A stretch of 64,000 nucleotides of DNA from Peptococcaceae bacterium UBA5318 (GCA_002408285.1 DHRG01000044.1:73101-137100); one strand, 5' to 3'; shown: positions 8,828-20,036, counted from the stretch's first letter. The notes: generated from the letters alone by a model not told the origin. Numbers and translations are program-made.

Positions 8828-10786
8828 TTAAACTGCCTCCCTATCAATAATTTGAATATACCGGGTTTTCCTTTCAAACGGTTGAAACGCCCGTCCGCCT
8901 GACTCATAAAACTTGCCAAAGAATTCTACATAATTAAGTCTTAAAGAGTGAACAAACGAGCCCAGGGAACTGAGGGCCAAATTAAACGTTCCCCCAACCG
9001 CAAATACCAAAATAAAGAAAATCGCGCCAATAAAACCGCCGCCTAACAAAGTACCTAACGTGTTAAACACGGTAGCCATAACCGCCGATGAAAGGCCCAA
9101 GGCCAGAATACGGGAATAGGAGAGGACATCTCCTAGATAACCGGTAATATTGTATAGGCTCATAATACCGGAAAGCAATTTCATAACAGGGTTCTTTTTT
9201 TCCCGTCCCTGTGTCAACACCAAACCGGCTGTTCCGATAATGGCCATATACATGCCGGCCTTCCCCGCCAGTGCCCATACTAAAAGTCCAATAATCACCA
9301 GATACCAAAATCCCACATCAGTGATCGCCAGCCATATTTTCCCTTTTTTTATCAGGAGATAGGCATTTAAAGCCATCCCTATAAAGATGTGAATCAAACC
9401 TATGGCAAGACAGATAATCAGCATGGTCATTGATTCATTCAACGGATTGAGCACAATTGACAGATCGCCTATTTCGACGCCAAAGAAGGTTTTGCCTACG
9501 ACTGATATTGCATCACCGAAATAGCTGCCTGTCAAAACCCCCCAGATCATGGTGGAGATCCCGCAAATGCCAATCATCGTCATGAATTTCTTTAAAAATA
9601 CCCCTTTGGGCTTAATACCGAATACTACCGTAAAGCTGCCGATTGCCAAAATAGCGCCAAAAGCCGCATCACCCAGCATCATGCCAAAAAATATGGGATA
9701 GAATACGGCAATAAACGGATTAGGGTCGATTGATCCATAGGCGGGGAGGCTGTATAACTCAGTAACACAACTGAATGGAGCGACAAGTCCTGAGTTTTTC
9801 ATCTGTACCGGCGGTTCCTCTCCTTCCAGAGGATCTCTGATTTCATAACTGCAGTCATATTCCGACAGTAGCTTTTCCACCCTTTCCGAGCTTTCCTCCG
9901 GTACCCAGCATTCAGAAAAAAACGCGTGATTGCTGCACATCAGTTTTTCGAACTTCTTATCTTTTTGCAGTTCAAGCGATAAACTGTCATAAGCCGCTTT
10001 AATATCCGGAAGTGTTTTAACCATCTCCGCAAGGACGTCGTCAATAGCTTTTTGTTCAATCGCTATTTCAGCAAGGCGTGATCCCATCGTATCAATGTTA
10101 TCCCTGGCCGTACCGCTTTCGATATCCCTGAACACAGCTTTTTGGAACCCAAAAGATTTTAGCAGCTGCAAGTTCTCTTCTTCCCTGTCTTTGGGATATA
10201 TACCAAAAATATAATGCGCATCATTATCACTGCCCAATATTCTGATAATAAGCTCCGCCCCTGCGGCCGCGATAGACTCGTCCAGGGTAAGCTCTGTCCA
10301 GGAGGCGGCGGGAATAGTACCCGCGATAAGATTAGTCTTGGCCGTATCGGTACTGCCCAGATCTACATCAAGTGTTTCATAGGGCTTCAGCGAAGCTATG
10401 TTTGCTGTAAAGCGATGCTCTTCGTTTTTTAAGACGTTAAGACGGGTAATGCGCTCCGCTACCTGATCCGAAGCCGCCATGGCCGCTTCAAGCTTGCCTT
10501 TCGCTTCTTCATCTGATACGGGTCGAAGTTTGGCGAAAAGCGGTCTTGGTGATTTATCATAGCGTTCCAGCGCTTCAATGGTCTGTCCTAATTTCCTTAC
10601 ATCATTTTCTAATGAAGCCTGCACCTTTTCCCCTTGAGATAGGAGGTCCGTCATTTCTACTCCGTCAAGTCCCTCTCCCGGAGAAGACATCTCTACGCAA
10701 GAGTATTTCATCAGTTCATTCAGCAGGTCATTCCTGTCCTTTTTGAGTGCGGCTAAAAACAGCCGCTTCATTTTTAAAATAGCCAT
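8828..10786 (-). CDS. atpI: V-type ATP synthase subunit I (a-type stator)
   Basis: 652 aa with a cytoplasmic coiled N-half and a multi-TM C-half containing the conserved RLxxLG-type arginine region (SYSRILALGLSS). Confidence 0.9.
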   Translation of the reverse strand: MAILKMKRLFLAALKKDRNDLLNELMKYSCVEMSSPGEGLDGVEMTDLLSQGEKVQASLENDVRKLGQTIEALERYDKSPRPLFAKLRPVSDEEAKGKLEAAMAASDQVAERITRLNVLKNEEHRFTANIASLKPYETLDVDLGSTDTAKTNLIAGTIPAASWTELTLDESIAAAGAELIIRILGSDNDAHYIFGIYPKDREEENLQLLKSFGFQKAVFRDIESGTARDNIDTMGSRLAEIAIEQKAIDDVLAEMVKTLPDIKAAYDSLSLELQKDKKFEKLMCSNHAFFSECWVPEESSERVEKLLSEYDCSYEIRDPLEGEEPPVQMKNSGLVAPFSCVTELYSLPAYGSIDPNPFIAVFYPIFFGMMLGDAAFGAILAIGSFTVVFGIKPKGVFLKKFMTMIGICGISTMIWGVLTGSYFGDAISVVGKTFFGVEIGDLSIVLNPLNESMTMLIICLAIGLIHIFIGMALNAYLLIKKGKIWLAITDVGFWYLVIIGLLVWALAGKAGMYMAIIGTAGLVLTQGREKKNPVMKLLSGIMSLYNITGYLGDVLSYSRILALGLSSAVMATVFNTLGTLLGGGFIGAIFFILVFAVGGTFNLALSSLGSFVHSLRLNYVEFFGKFYESGGRAFQPFERKTRYIQIIDREAV

Positions 10787-11101
10787 TTAACCCCTCACTA
10801 TCCTGTCGACAACAATGTCAACCGCTGCATTAATTCTTGACGTAGTCGCTATTTTTATTGCTTCGCACTGGGATGCTACTTTGGCACGGCGCACCTCGCC
10901 CTCAATCTCTGCGGCGGCATCGGCTGAACGTAAAGCGTCGTTCCTGTTGGCCCTTGCCTGTCCCCTGGCGGCTTCTATCAAGGCTGCGCAGGCTTTCTGG
11001 CTGTCAAGGGCAATTTGTTTAGCCTGGGCTGCAGCATCCTTTTTTATCATTTCCGCCTGTGCTTCAGCTTCTTTGATCGTCTGCACCATTTCCAGTGACA
11101 T
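10787..11101 (-). CDS. Small coiled-coil V-ATPase peripheral-stalk subunit (G/H-like)
   Basis: Ala/Glu/Gln-rich helix (MSLEMVQTIKEAEAQAEMIKKDAAAQAKQ...). First gene of the operon, and its stop abuts the atpI start. ATG 11101 is chosen because a GGAGG lies 9 nt upstream (11111-11115). Confidence 0.6.
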   Translation of the reverse strand: MSLEMVQTIKEAEAQAEMIKKDAAAQAKQIALDSQKACAALIEAARGQARANRNDALRSADAAAEIEGEVRRAKVASQCEAIKIATTSRINAAVDIVVDRIVRG

Positions 11102-11206
11102 TTGACATACCTCCTTTTGTAAAAATTTGCACATGCTTCATTAAAAAAGCGGCCCGTACCCCTTACGGTATACTCCCCTATTCATTTCGTTGTGCATTCA
11201 ATATCA

Positions 11207-11235
11207 ATTGTAATAATCTTTTCTGTGTAAGTCAA
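11207..11235 (-). promoter_or_regulatory. Candidate sigma-A promoter of the V-ATPase operon
   Basis: The minus strand reads TTGACT (11235-11230), a 17-nt spacer, then TACAAT (11212-11207). It lies about 100 nt upstream of the first ATPase gene. Confidence 0.4.
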
Positions 11236-11302
11236 ATTGTTTTAATAGTTCTTTAAATTATGGCAGATCGTTTTTGGAGGGCCTATTCAATATTTTGAAA
11301 TA

Positions 11303-11330
11303 CAAAAAAATCGGTCGTTATCGACCGATA
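11303..11330 (-). terminator. Rho-independent terminator after spoIVA
   Basis: 8-bp stem atcggtcg / cgaccgat (11310-11317 / 11322-11329) with a ttat loop. A T-run follows on the minus strand (plus-strand A-run 11304-11310). It sits just after the spoIVA stop at 11336. Confidence 0.6.
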
Positions 11331-11335
11331 GTCTT

Positions 11336-12808
11336 TTAAATAATGATGCAAATAATTCCTCCGCTTCCTTCGTTCACAATCCGGCCCAATGTTTCTCTAA
11401 GCTTGACCTGCGCATTCTCCGGCATCTTTTGCAGCTTGCCTTGGATACTATCCTTTACCAAATCGTGCAATGATTTGCCAAAGATATCATACGACCAAAT
11501 TTGGGAAGGATTTTCCTGAAACTTCTCCGTGATATAACGGGCCAGATCGGCGCACTGCTTTTCTGTTCCCATCAGCGGAGTGATTTCCGCCGCGATATCT
11601 GTCCGGATGATATGAAGAGAGGGAGCGCTGGCCTTTAATTTGACCCCAAAAAGGCCCCCCTGTTTAATCAATTCCGGCTCTTCCAGGTTGATTTCAGACA
11701 TGATGGGGCTTACCACTCCATATCCCGTTTCCTTTACCAGCGCCATCGCGTCCGCGATCTTGTCATATTCTTGTTTGGCTGAGCTTAGCTCCTTCATGAT
11801 GCGGAGCAAATCGTGCTCTCCTTCCACCAAAAGTCCGGTGCTTTCTTTTAATACCTGATAAAACAACCCTTCCTTAGCTGTCATTTCAATAGAAGCGGCG
11901 CCTGTCCCCATATTCATTTCATCCAGAACCACTTCTTCCACCACATCTTTTTTAGCCAGTTCCTCAATGGCTCCATCAAGATCCCGCAATCTTCTGACTT
12001 TGCTGATGACCTCATGGACCGTTGTTTCAAATTCCTTACGTAGCCAGTGTTCTCCTTCCAGTTCTTCGATCCACTTGGGAAGGCTCACGTTGACCTCGGT
12101 TACCGGAAACTCAAAGAGAGCCTCCTCCAGGATCTGCATGATGACTCCCTGGGATAACTGGGCCACATCTACCGGAATGACGGGCACCTCATAGAGGCTT
12201 TCCAATTCCTGCGCCAGCTCAATGGCTGTCACCTCATTAGGGTGTATGGTGTTTAAGATTATAACAAAGGGTTTGCCCAAACCTTTCAGCTCTTCCACGA
12301 CTCGCGCTTCCGCTTCCAAATAGCTCTCCCGCGGCAAATCAGTGATGCTCCCGTCGGTGGTTATCACAATCCCAATGGTAGAATGATCGGTGATGACTTT
12401 ACGGGTCCCCATTTCGGCCGCTTCCTGAAACGGCATAGGCTCTTCCGACCAAGGCGTGTGAACCATCCGGGGCCCGTTTTCATCTTCATAACCTTTGGCT
12501 CCCGATACGGTGTACCCAACGCAATCCACCATCCGGACCTTAACGGACAAGCCCTCTTTTATCTGGATTTCCACCGCCTCATTGGGTATGAACTTCGGCT
12601 CTGTGGTCATGATGGTTTTACCGGCGCCGCTCTGGGGCAATTCATCAATAGCCCGTTCACGGTCATACGCGTCCTGGATATTCGGAATGACCAGCAGGTC
12701 CATGAACTTCTTGATAAACGTTGATTTGCCCACCCGGACTGGGCCGACAACACCTATATAGACATCACCTCCTGTCCGTTCGGCAATGTCACGGAAAATA
12801 CTTTCCAC
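11336..12808 (-). CDS. spoIVA: Stage IV sporulation protein A (spore coat morphogenetic ATPase)
   Basis: Collinear with my recollection of B. subtilis SpoIVA (FRDIAERTGGDVYIGVVGPVRVGKSTFIKKFM ... NEGSGGIICIII). I prefer the GTG start at 12808, preceded by GAGGGAGGGG, over the track's longer start at 12838. Confidence 0.92.
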   Translation of the reverse strand: MESIFRDIAERTGGDVYIGVVGPVRVGKSTFIKKFMDLLVIPNIQDAYDRERAIDELPQSGAGKTIMTTEPKFIPNEAVEIQIKEGLSVKVRMVDCVGYTVSGAKGYEDENGPRMVHTPWSEEPMPFQEAAEMGTRKVITDHSTIGIVITTDGSITDLPRESYLEAEARVVEELKGLGKPFVIILNTIHPNEVTAIELAQELESLYEVPVIPVDVAQLSQGVIMQILEEALFEFPVTEVNVSLPKWIEELEGEHWLRKEFETTVHEVISKVRRLRDLDGAIEELAKKDVVEEVVLDEMNMGTGAASIEMTAKEGLFYQVLKESTGLLVEGEHDLLRIMKELSSAKQEYDKIADAMALVKETGYGVVSPIMSEINLEEPELIKQGGLFGVKLKASAPSLHIIRTDIAAEITPLMGTEKQCADLARYITEKFQENPSQIWSYDIFGKSLHDLVKDSIQGKLQKMPENAQVKLRETLGRIVNEGSGGIICIII

Positions 12809-12878
12809 AATATCCCCTCCCTCTTCCCTAATAAACAATACATATATACTGGGATAGGGACGGATTTATTACAAATAA

Positions 12879-13922
12879 TCAACAGCTTTTTCCAGTTTCC
12901 CATGAATCGTGCAAAACTACCTCTTCCATTTCGTGTGTCTTCTGACGCTGCATAAGATCTACCACTGCTTCCTGCGGATCCTTTTTCAGAAAAAGCACCT
13001 GATAGATCTGTTCGCTGATAGGCATAGCCACCTGATACTTCTTAGCCAAGGCGCAGGCGGCCTGAGTAGCCCGGATACCTTCTACGACCATTCCTACCTC
13101 TTGTGCCGCCTCCTCCATCGAAAATCCCCGGCCTAATAAAATTCCGGCGCGCCGGTTCCGGCTGTGCATACTGGTACAGGTAACAACCAGATCCCCGATG
13201 CCGGTCAGTCCGGCAAAGGTAAGAGGTTTAGCGCCTGCGCCTATTCCCAGACGGGTAATTTCCGCCAAGCCCCTGGTAATAAGGGCGGCCTTGGCGTTAT
13301 CTCCGTAACCTAAGCCTTCGGCGATCCCCGTCCCTAAAGCGATAACATTCTTCAACGCGGCTCCCAGCTCTATTCCCACGAGATCCGGATTCGTATAGAC
13401 CCGAAACTTCGGCGTCATAAAAAGATCCTGCACCTCTTCGGCCACTTTACGGCTGGCGCCGGCCGCCACTACAGCGGTGGGAATGCCCTTGCCTACTTCT
13501 TCCGCATGGCTGGGGCCTGAAAGGACAGCGATATGCGAATTTTTTCCGGCTAATTCTTCGGCAAGCACCTCGCTCAACCTTTGCAGGGTTTGATTTTCAA
13601 TCCCCTTGGCAGTATTGATCACCACCATTTTCGCAGGAATGAGCCCCCGGAGAAGACGGGCTACTTCCCTGGTTTCATGGGAAGGAACTGATAAAACAAG
13701 GTAGCGGGCTCCCCTTAAAGCGGCTTCCAAATCCGCCGTAACCGCAAGCTGCGGCGGAAGGACCACGCCTGGCAAATACCGGGTATTCTCCCGGCTGTCG
13801 TTGATGACCGTCATCTTTTCTGATTTCCGCCCCCACAGACAAACCCTTTCCCCTTTTTTTGCCAGCAAAACCGCCAGCGCCGTACCCCAACTCCCTGCGC
13901 CCAATACAGCTACATCTGCCAA
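12879..13922 (-). CDS. gpsA: NAD(P)H-dependent glycerol-3-phosphate dehydrogenase
   Basis: N-terminal Rossmann motif [12 protein letters not shown] and a full-length GpsA-like sequence. Conserved der-plsY-gpsA synteny. Confidence 0.92.
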   Translation of the reverse strand: MADVAVLGAGSWGTALAVLLAKKGERVCLWGRKSEKMTVINDSRENTRYLPGVVLPPQLAVTADLEAALRGARYLVLSVPSHETREVARLLRGLIPAKMVVINTAKGIENQTLQRLSEVLAEELAGKNSHIAVLSGPSHAEEVGKGIPTAVVAAGASRKVAEEVQDLFMTPKFRVYTNPDLVGIELGAALKNVIALGTGIAEGLGYGDNAKAALITRGLAEITRLGIGAGAKPLTFAGLTGIGDLVVTCTSMHSRNRRAGILLGRGFSMEEAAQEVGMVVEGIRATQAACALAKKYQVAMPISEQIYQVLFLKKDPQEAVVDLMQRQKTHEMEEVVLHDSWETGKSC

Positions 13923-13941
13923 AACTACTCCCTCCTTATGC

Positions 13942-14526
13942 TCATCTTTGTCCGATTTTCTGTTCTGTTCCGTTATATAAACGTTTGATATTCGTCCTGT
14001 GACGATAAATCACCAGACTCACTGCCAGTATTCCCATAGCAAGAACAGACAGTGGTTTTTGAAGAATGATCATGGAAACGGGCACACTGGCGGCGCCCAA
14101 AATCGAGCTCAGGGAAACGTAGCGGCTAATCAATAACGACAATATAAAAACCGCTAAGGCCACCGCCGTAACATCCGGCGTCAAAGCCAGGATAACTCCC
14201 AAGCCGGTAGCGACCCCTTTTCCCCCTTTAAACCCAAAATAGATAGGATACGTATGTCCTACCATCGCAGCTAATCCGGTCAATAACGCCAGGGTGGGGT
14301 TTCCAAAGGAGAACCCGATATAGACACTGATCACCCCTTTTAAGGCATCTCCCGCCAGCACCATCGCCGCCGGACCTTTGCCGGCTATCCTTAGAACATT
14401 CGTCATCCCGGCGTTCCCGCTGCCATATTTGCGAATGTCTTCCCGCTTGATCAGCCAAAACACAATAATGCTGAAGGAAACAGACCCGATCAAATAGCCC
14501 GCCAAAACAATTAATATAGATTTCAT
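13942..14526 (-). CDS. plsY: Glycerol-3-phosphate acyltransferase PlsY
   Basis: 194-aa membrane protein with PlsY motifs ([18 protein letters not shown]). Confidence 0.9.
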   Translation of the reverse strand: MKSILIVLAGYLIGSVSFSIIVFWLIKREDIRKYGSGNAGMTNVLRIAGKGPAAMVLAGDALKGVISVYIGFSFGNPTLALLTGLAAMVGHTYPIYFGFKGGKGVATGLGVILALTPDVTAVALAVFILSLLISRYVSLSSILGAASVPVSMIILQKPLSVLAMGILAVSLVIYRHRTNIKRLYNGTEQKIGQR

Positions 14527-14540
14527 CCTTCGATCCCCTC

Positions 14541-15860
14541 TTATTCTCCTCTTCTTTTAACTGTAATTCTTAGCGGCGCTCCTTCAAAACCGAAATTTTT
14601 ACGGAAAACATTTTCTAAATAACGCTGGTACGAAAAATGCATGAGCTCGGGAAGATTCACAAACAAAACGAAATGCGGTGGTTTTACCGCAACCTGAGCA
14701 CCGTACAAAATCTTTAGCCGCTTGCCTTTATCACCGGGCGGCGGATTGACCTGGACAGCCTCGGTAATCACTTCATTCAACACACTGGTGTTGACGCGCC
14801 TGGCTTGCTGTTCAGCTACAAAATCCACGAGCTCTACAACCTTCCCCAACCGTTGCCCGGTCAAGGCGGAGATAAAGAGGGTAGGCGCGTAGGCGATAAA
14901 ACTCAATTGCTCCCGCACCCGCTGTTCAAATTGATTCATGGTCTTATCATCTTTTTCGATCAGGTCCCATTTATTAATCACCAGGATACAGCCTTTCCCT
15001 GCTTCCCGAATGTATCCGGCAATTTTGGTATCCTGCTCGGTTACTCCGCAAGTAGCGTCAAGAAGTAAAAGGGACACGTCGCTGCGCTCAATTGCCCGCA
15101 AGGAACGCATGACACTATAGCGCTCCGTAGATTCTTCCACATTACCACGCTTTCTCATGCCGGCTGTATCGATCAGCACATAGCGTTGGGCTCCCCTGAC
15201 AAAGGGCGTGTCAATGGCGTCCCGGGTGGTTCCGGGGATATCGCTGACTATGACCCGGTCTTCTCCCAGGATCGCATTGACGAGTGAAGATTTACCCACA
15301 TTTGGCCGTCCCACCACGGCTATTTTGATTACATCGGGTTCCGCTTCTTCCCCGTTTTGTTTGGGCAGATACCCGCTGACCAGATCTAATAAATCACCGA
15401 TATTCATACCATTGGCGGCGGAAACAGGGATGGGCTCCCCCAGTCCCAGATCGTAAAACTCATAAAAGGACTGGTTATTCCGATATTCTTCGATCTTATT
15501 GACCGCCAGTACCACCGGTTTCTTGGATTTTCTCAGCATTTCACCCAGGTCTTGGTCATCAGCGGTCAGTCCGGCCCGTCCGTCTACCAAAAAGAGAATG
15601 ACATCGGCCTCGCTGATAGCAGTATGAACTTGTTTTCTTACCTGCCCTAATATTGAATCATCTTTGCTGGTAAAGTCGATCCCGCCTGTATCGATCAGGG
15701 TAAACGCCTGCCCCAGCCACTCTGCATCGCGGTAAATCCGGTCCCTGGTGACGCCTGGGATATCTTCCACGATTGCGGTCCGGCCTCCCGCCAGTCTGTT
15801 AAACAGAGTGGATTTCCCCACATTAGGCCTGCCGACAATCGCCACAATAGGCTTACTCAT
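14541..15860 (-). CDS. der: Ribosome-associated GTPase Der/EngA
   Basis: Two tandem G domains (GRPNVGKST appears twice) plus a KH-like C-terminus. Confidence 0.95.
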   Translation of the reverse strand: MSKPIVAIVGRPNVGKSTLFNRLAGGRTAIVEDIPGVTRDRIYRDAEWLGQAFTLIDTGGIDFTSKDDSILGQVRKQVHTAISEADVILFLVDGRAGLTADDQDLGEMLRKSKKPVVLAVNKIEEYRNNQSFYEFYDLGLGEPIPVSAANGMNIGDLLDLVSGYLPKQNGEEAEPDVIKIAVVGRPNVGKSSLVNAILGEDRVIVSDIPGTTRDAIDTPFVRGAQRYVLIDTAGMRKRGNVEESTERYSVMRSLRAIERSDVSLLLLDATCGVTEQDTKIAGYIREAGKGCILVINKWDLIEKDDKTMNQFEQRVREQLSFIAYAPTLFISALTGQRLGKVVELVDFVAEQQARRVNTSVLNEVITEAVQVNPPPGDKGKRLKILYGAQVAVKPPHFVLFVNLPELMHFSYQRYLENVFRKNFGFEGAPLRITVKRRGE

Positions 15861-17173
15861 GATTTCACCTTCCTATCTCCTGCGGTAATTTCCGTTGCTA
15901 AAACCTGGGCCGACACAGGCACAGGGATCAATTGTATTGCCAATTTTTCCGATACCTTCTCCGGTGTTAGATCATCCAGGAATTTACCTTCCCCTGTTTT
16001 TAACATCACATCCGGTATGAGAACCTCACTGCCCGGGTCTAAATCGCCCAGGGCCGACAACAGGCAGGAACCTGTCAGCAATCCGGCTGCCGTCACGCTG
16101 GGACCAAAAAACTTGTTTTCCACAACCCGCAGCCGCACCTGTAAACCCGGGATCCGGTTAAGGCAATCCAGCAAAGGCTCCAGGGCTTTCTTGCCGGAAA
16201 GTCCTGTCGCAACTGTTATTTTACGCGCCGGTTTTATTTCTTCCGGCAAGGTCAGCTCGGCAAACTCCTGCCATAACAAGCGCACCATCCCTACTCCGTT
16301 TTCCAGTTGGGGAAAATCCTCGTATTCCTGATAGGAAGGAAGCGGCAGCCCCGCTGTCAGATAAAACTCATCCGACAGCCAGACAAAGGCTGTTCCACTC
16401 AAGCGCTTGCTCTCCTCTTGTTTTTTCTTGACCCATTGCACCAGGATCCGCGCCGGCTCCGCCCGAAAAACAGTCAGCGGCCGCAAATTTTTCCGGTGCT
16501 TAGTCAAGCCGACAGGCACAATAGCCAAAGAGAGAACGCCGCCCGTATTTCTCAAGTCCCGGTACGTTTTCTCCAAGTGTTCGCCATCATTTAAGCCCGG
16601 ACATAAAACCACCTGGGTATGAAATTCTATACCCGCTTCCGCTAAATCCCGCATCACAGCCAAAACATCCCGGGCTCTTCTATTCTGCAATAATTGCCGG
16701 CGAAGATCGGGCTCTGTGGTATGCACCGATACATAAAGGGGCGACAAACGCTCCCGTTTTATCCTGCCGATATCCTGCCGGGTAAGATTAGTCAGGGTAA
16801 CGTAACTGCCCTGCAAAAACGACAGTCTATAATCATCATCCTTTATGTATAGACTTGCCCTCATATTAGGAGGCATCTGATCTACAAAACAAAATTGACA
16901 GCGGTTCCGGCATACTTTGATCTTATCAAAGACAGCCTGGCTGAAAACGGCCCCCAGGGGTTCATCGTAACCTTTTTCAATTTCAAAGACCAGCCGTTCG
17001 CCTGATTTTTTCTCCACTTCAAAAACGACTTCTTCACCAGCCCATTCATACTGAAACTGAATAAGATCCTCTGCCTTACGCCCATTTATTGTGACAACGT
17101 GATCCCCGGCTTCCAGGTTTAGCTCATCAGCCAGGGTATCCTTTTCAACCTCTGCAATCTCCGCACCCGCCAA
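15857..17173 (-). CDS. PDZ plus radical-SAM-like DUF512 family protein
   Basis: N-terminal PDZ-like segment, then a CxxxCxFC cluster ([10 protein letters not shown]) and a DUF512-type C-terminus. 4-nt overlap with der. Confidence 0.7.
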   Translation of the reverse strand: MAGAEIAEVEKDTLADELNLEAGDHVVTINGRKAEDLIQFQYEWAGEEVVFEVEKKSGERLVFEIEKGYDEPLGAVFSQAVFDKIKVCRNRCQFCFVDQMPPNMRASLYIKDDDYRLSFLQGSYVTLTNLTRQDIGRIKRERLSPLYVSVHTTEPDLRRQLLQNRRARDVLAVMRDLAEAGIEFHTQVVLCPGLNDGEHLEKTYRDLRNTGGVLSLAIVPVGLTKHRKNLRPLTVFRAEPARILVQWVKKKQEESKRLSGTAFVWLSDEFYLTAGLPLPSYQEYEDFPQLENGVGMVRLLWQEFAELTLPEEIKPARKITVATGLSGKKALEPLLDCLNRIPGLQVRLRVVENKFFGPSVTAAGLLTGSCLLSALGDLDPGSEVLIPDVMLKTGEGKFLDDLTPEKVSEKLAIQLIPVPVSAQVLATEITAGDRKVKS

Positions 17174-17193
17174 TTATCCACACCACCAGTAGA

Positions 17194-17646
17194 TTAGATT
17201 TCTACCTCATTATCCATTATTTCGGCCCATTTAGCAATCCTTGGCATAGCCTTCTTCAAGAAGAACGCGGAAATATAAGCGGCGCAAGATATTTGGGGCG
17301 CCAATACACGGAATACCCAGGAGATCTTGACCCCCCAAGTATTACAGTCCGATACGTCGATCAGACGGATCTCATCCTGCTTTAACCCCAGGATGTTCAA
17401 GAGATTTTCGGCGGATACCCGAATTAGTTTTCCCGCGCCGCCAACCCCCAGTGTGTAGACATTATCCCGGCTGGAATTTTTCCCTGCGTAATACAATTTT
17501 CCTGTGTGCAAATCTTGGTGGTCGGCAAAATGAGGCAGTGAAAGGATTTCCGCTATGGTAGGCTCTTTTCCCACCTGCCGGAGATAGTACGCAGCCGCTA
17601 CGCAAGACGCATAAACACCTAACTGGTCCAGAAAAACAATTCTCAC
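17194..17646 (-). CDS. DUF3189-family protein (paralog lacking the N-terminal CYGGSHSS-type motif)
   Basis: 150 aa with the same length and architecture as the adjacent paralog. It shares segments such as SLPHF/SLPYY and a central GxxxxIY block. Confidence 0.55.
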   Translation of the reverse strand: MRIVFLDQLGVYASCVAAAYYLRQVGKEPTIAEILSLPHFADHQDLHTGKLYYAGKNSSRDNVYTLGVGGAGKLIRVSAENLLNILGLKQDEIRLIDVSDCNTWGVKISWVFRVLAPQISCAAYISAFFLKKAMPRIAKWAEIMDNEVEI

Positions 17647-17665
17647 TGGTTTTTCCCCCGGACAG

Positions 17666-18124
17666 TTAAAAATTGTTTTTTTTTAACTGTTCAACCAAAT
17701 GTACAAAGCGATAATAAGACTGCCGGGTGCCCGCAATGATGATAGTCCTGCCTAAATGATTCCAGCCCCAGCGCCGGGAGAGAAAACCGCCCAACATCAT
17801 CCACACATTTACATAGGGCATGGTATTCACAAACGCCACCGCAGGGGCCGGCTCTTTGCTTATGACCGACAGCAGCTGCCTCATGATCCGTTCATAAGAT
17901 TCTCCCAGGTTGTTTTTACTGCTGATATAGATCTGGCGGCCTTTCTCATCATATCCCATGAAACGGATACGTCCGTGATCCTCTTTTACCTGGGCGTCAT
18001 AGTAGGGAAGCGATAGCAGTTCCCGCTTGCAGGGCAGCCTGGTTTCCGGCAGCATCCCCAGATGAATGGCCGCCGCAGTGACGGAAGAGTGGGAACCGCC
18101 ATAACAATGATAGATGATTTTCAT
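17666..18124 (-). CDS. DUF3189-family protein
   Basis: 152 aa starting MKIIYHCYGGSHSSVTAAAIHLG, recalled as the DUF3189 signature. 4-nt overlap with spoIIP. Confidence 0.6.
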   Translation of the reverse strand: MKIIYHCYGGSHSSVTAAAIHLGMLPETRLPCKRELLSLPYYDAQVKEDHGRIRFMGYDEKGRQIYISSKNNLGESYERIMRQLLSVISKEPAPAVAFVNTMPYVNVWMMLGGFLSRRWGWNHLGRTIIIAGTRQSYYRFVHLVEQLKKNNF

Positions 18125-19302
18125 TTTTTCTTACGACCCTTAAGCGGGCCCAGATTGCCGGAAAACTCTTTTCCCAACCCGCTTAATTTTTCTATGGAGC
18201 CCTTCCAGCTTCCGGTAGTAATGAATAAGAAGGCGCCGCCGCCAATAACCAAAGCGACGAGCAGCCAAAGGAGGGACGATCTTGCACCGGTTTTTCCGGC
18301 GGGAGCCGAAACAGCCGGAGCTTTCGCTCCGTCCGCTGCTCCCATCAAACTAGAAATTCCGGCGGCAAAAAAAGCCACCCCGGTTTCCGCTTCCTTTCGG
18401 CTGTTAGTATGGGTTCCTACCTCAATCAGAATGGAACGCGGCGATAGATCCTGATTATAATTTCCCTTAGCCATAAAAATCCCTTTGATTAATCCGGGGC
18501 TCTGTTCATCAAAATAGGATTTGATCTTTTTTGCAAACTCAAGATTGGCCGACATATGCGGATTTTGCCGTCCTACCACCAGCCTGACTTTTGTTCCGGG
18601 CTTACCGTTTACCTTGGTCTTATAAAAGTTGGGATCAGGAACCCCATCTCTATGGACATCGATTAAGGCTGAAGGGTTTTTCTTTAGAAGCTGCACAGCC
18701 GTTTTCCGCGAACGATGGTAAGCATTAGCATCATGGGGATCATGTTTATTCCAGCTGATATCCGTATTTATACCTCTGTTTTCCAGCGTATCAGCCAATT
18801 TTTTTCCGACTTGGAGTATTCCGCCGTTGCCGGGCTTGCTTTCCGTGCCATCGCTGGGAACATAAGATTCATCCGTATGCGTCATGTAGACCGCCACTTT
18901 GTCTTTATTCTCCGCTACCGATAATACCGGGATTTGTCCCCAATCTTCCTGCCAAGCCATGTTCTCCTGACCTACCAACTGACAGACTGCCGTGTATTGC
19001 TCCGAATCAACCCGGATCACCTTATAACGGTTGTTATTTTCCAATATCACCTCATCCCCGATGAAGACCTCATGATTGGTTTGATCGATCATGTTGCCTG
19101 TTTCATCTACGAAACGATAATACTTTCTGTCATTGAGTTCTCCTTCCCATTTACCCAAGGCGTCCAGAAAGTTTAACTCAATTCCAGCCTCAGCGACTGT
19201 ATTATAGACCCGCGGATTGTTTTCATAATAATATAAGATTCCGCCCGCCAGCATAAGCAAAATACAGCCGCAGAGAACGCCCAGCCTGCTTTTATTTTTC
19301 AT
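18121..19302 (-). CDS. spoIIP: Stage II sporulation protein P (engulfment peptidoglycan hydrolase)
   Basis: N-terminal TM segment and a SpoIIP-type amidase-like core (VYMTHTDESY ... IDVHRDG ... ILIEVG). Confidence 0.8.
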   Translation of the reverse strand: MKNKSRLGVLCGCILLMLAGGILYYYENNPRVYNTVAEAGIELNFLDALGKWEGELNDRKYYRFVDETGNMIDQTNHEVFIGDEVILENNNRYKVIRVDSEQYTAVCQLVGQENMAWQEDWGQIPVLSVAENKDKVAVYMTHTDESYVPSDGTESKPGNGGILQVGKKLADTLENRGINTDISWNKHDPHDANAYHRSRKTAVQLLKKNPSALIDVHRDGVPDPNFYKTKVNGKPGTKVRLVVGRQNPHMSANLEFAKKIKSYFDEQSPGLIKGIFMAKGNYNQDLSPRSILIEVGTHTNSRKEAETGVAFFAAGISSLMGAADGAKAPAVSAPAGKTGARSSLLWLLVALVIGGGAFLFITTGSWKGSIEKLSGLGKEFSGNLGPLKGRKKK

Positions 19303-20036
19303 TTACCCCTGCCCCCCGCTTCTTTTGTCGTGGAGGCATCATCCTCATGCCTAACGCTTTCAGGAGCTTGCAGGTTTTGCAGTACGTCCGGATCCCTGTT
19401 TACGGAAGAAGGCCCGCCCTGCAGGCGTTCCCTGGTTTCTCCGATCACTTCCGCCAATAAAACGGCGATTAAACCGGCTATCACAATGGAATCAAAAGCC
19501 CCGGCGCCCCCAATATAAACATTGCCGGGGATTTTATTGTTAACAAGCCACAACCAATGGACCACGTCCAGTGATAAAACCCCTAAAGTAGCGGCGATAA
19601 AGGCGGAACGGCGGGATCTTCCCGCCAGATAAGCTACGATACCGCCCACCAGGGGATAAACGTAAAGCGGGTCGATCAAGTTGTAACGTTCACCCGGATC
19701 ACCCTTCATCAAGACGCTGCCCGCCAGGTAAATTACCAGACCGGTAATAATCGTTGCTCCCAGCGCCCGCATCCATTCCTTGGATGTTCCTGCTTTGACC
19801 AGCAGATAAACCGCCAGCCCAACCGGGACCAGCGCGCCCCCTACGTTTACAGCGACCTGAATATTCCCCCGGGAGATCGGAATGTCGATAAAGCTTCCGG
19901 CAATCAAGGCTCCGATGATAACTAACGCGCCTTTATCCGATAATCTCATTCTGTCTAACAATCGCTGAGCTACACCAAAATAGACCAGGATTGACACAAC
20001 CAGCAAAATGATCAAACCTAACGGCAACCTGTTCAA
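19299..20036 (-). CDS. DUF1614-family integral membrane protein
   Basis: 245-aa polytopic membrane protein. 4-nt overlap with spoIIP, so probably co-transcribed. Confidence 0.55.
   Translation of the reverse strand: MNRLPLGLIILLVVSILVYFGVAQRLLDRMRLSDKGALVIIGALIAGSFIDIPISRGNIQVAVNVGGALVPVGLAVYLLVKAGTSKEWMRALGATIITGLVIYLAGSVLMKGDPGERYNLIDPLYVYPLVGGIVAYLAGRSRRSAFIAATLGVLSLDVVHWLWLVNNKIPGNVYIGGAGAFDSIVIAGLIAVLLAEVIGETRERLQGGPSSVNRDPDVLQNLQAPESVRHEDDASTTKEAGGRGK

Noticed and set aside
8827-8919. N-terminal extension of the atpK ORF (MASFMSQADGRFNRLKG...)
   Set aside because: It would overlap the atpI coding end by about 90 nt. The internal ATG at 8826 gives a proteolipid of normal length, starting right after the atpI stop.
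12809-12838. Longer start for spoIVA (MFIREEGGDI...)
   Set aside because: These codons contain the purine-rich RBS (GAGGGAGGGG) for the GTG at 12808. B. subtilis SpoIVA begins at the equivalent position.
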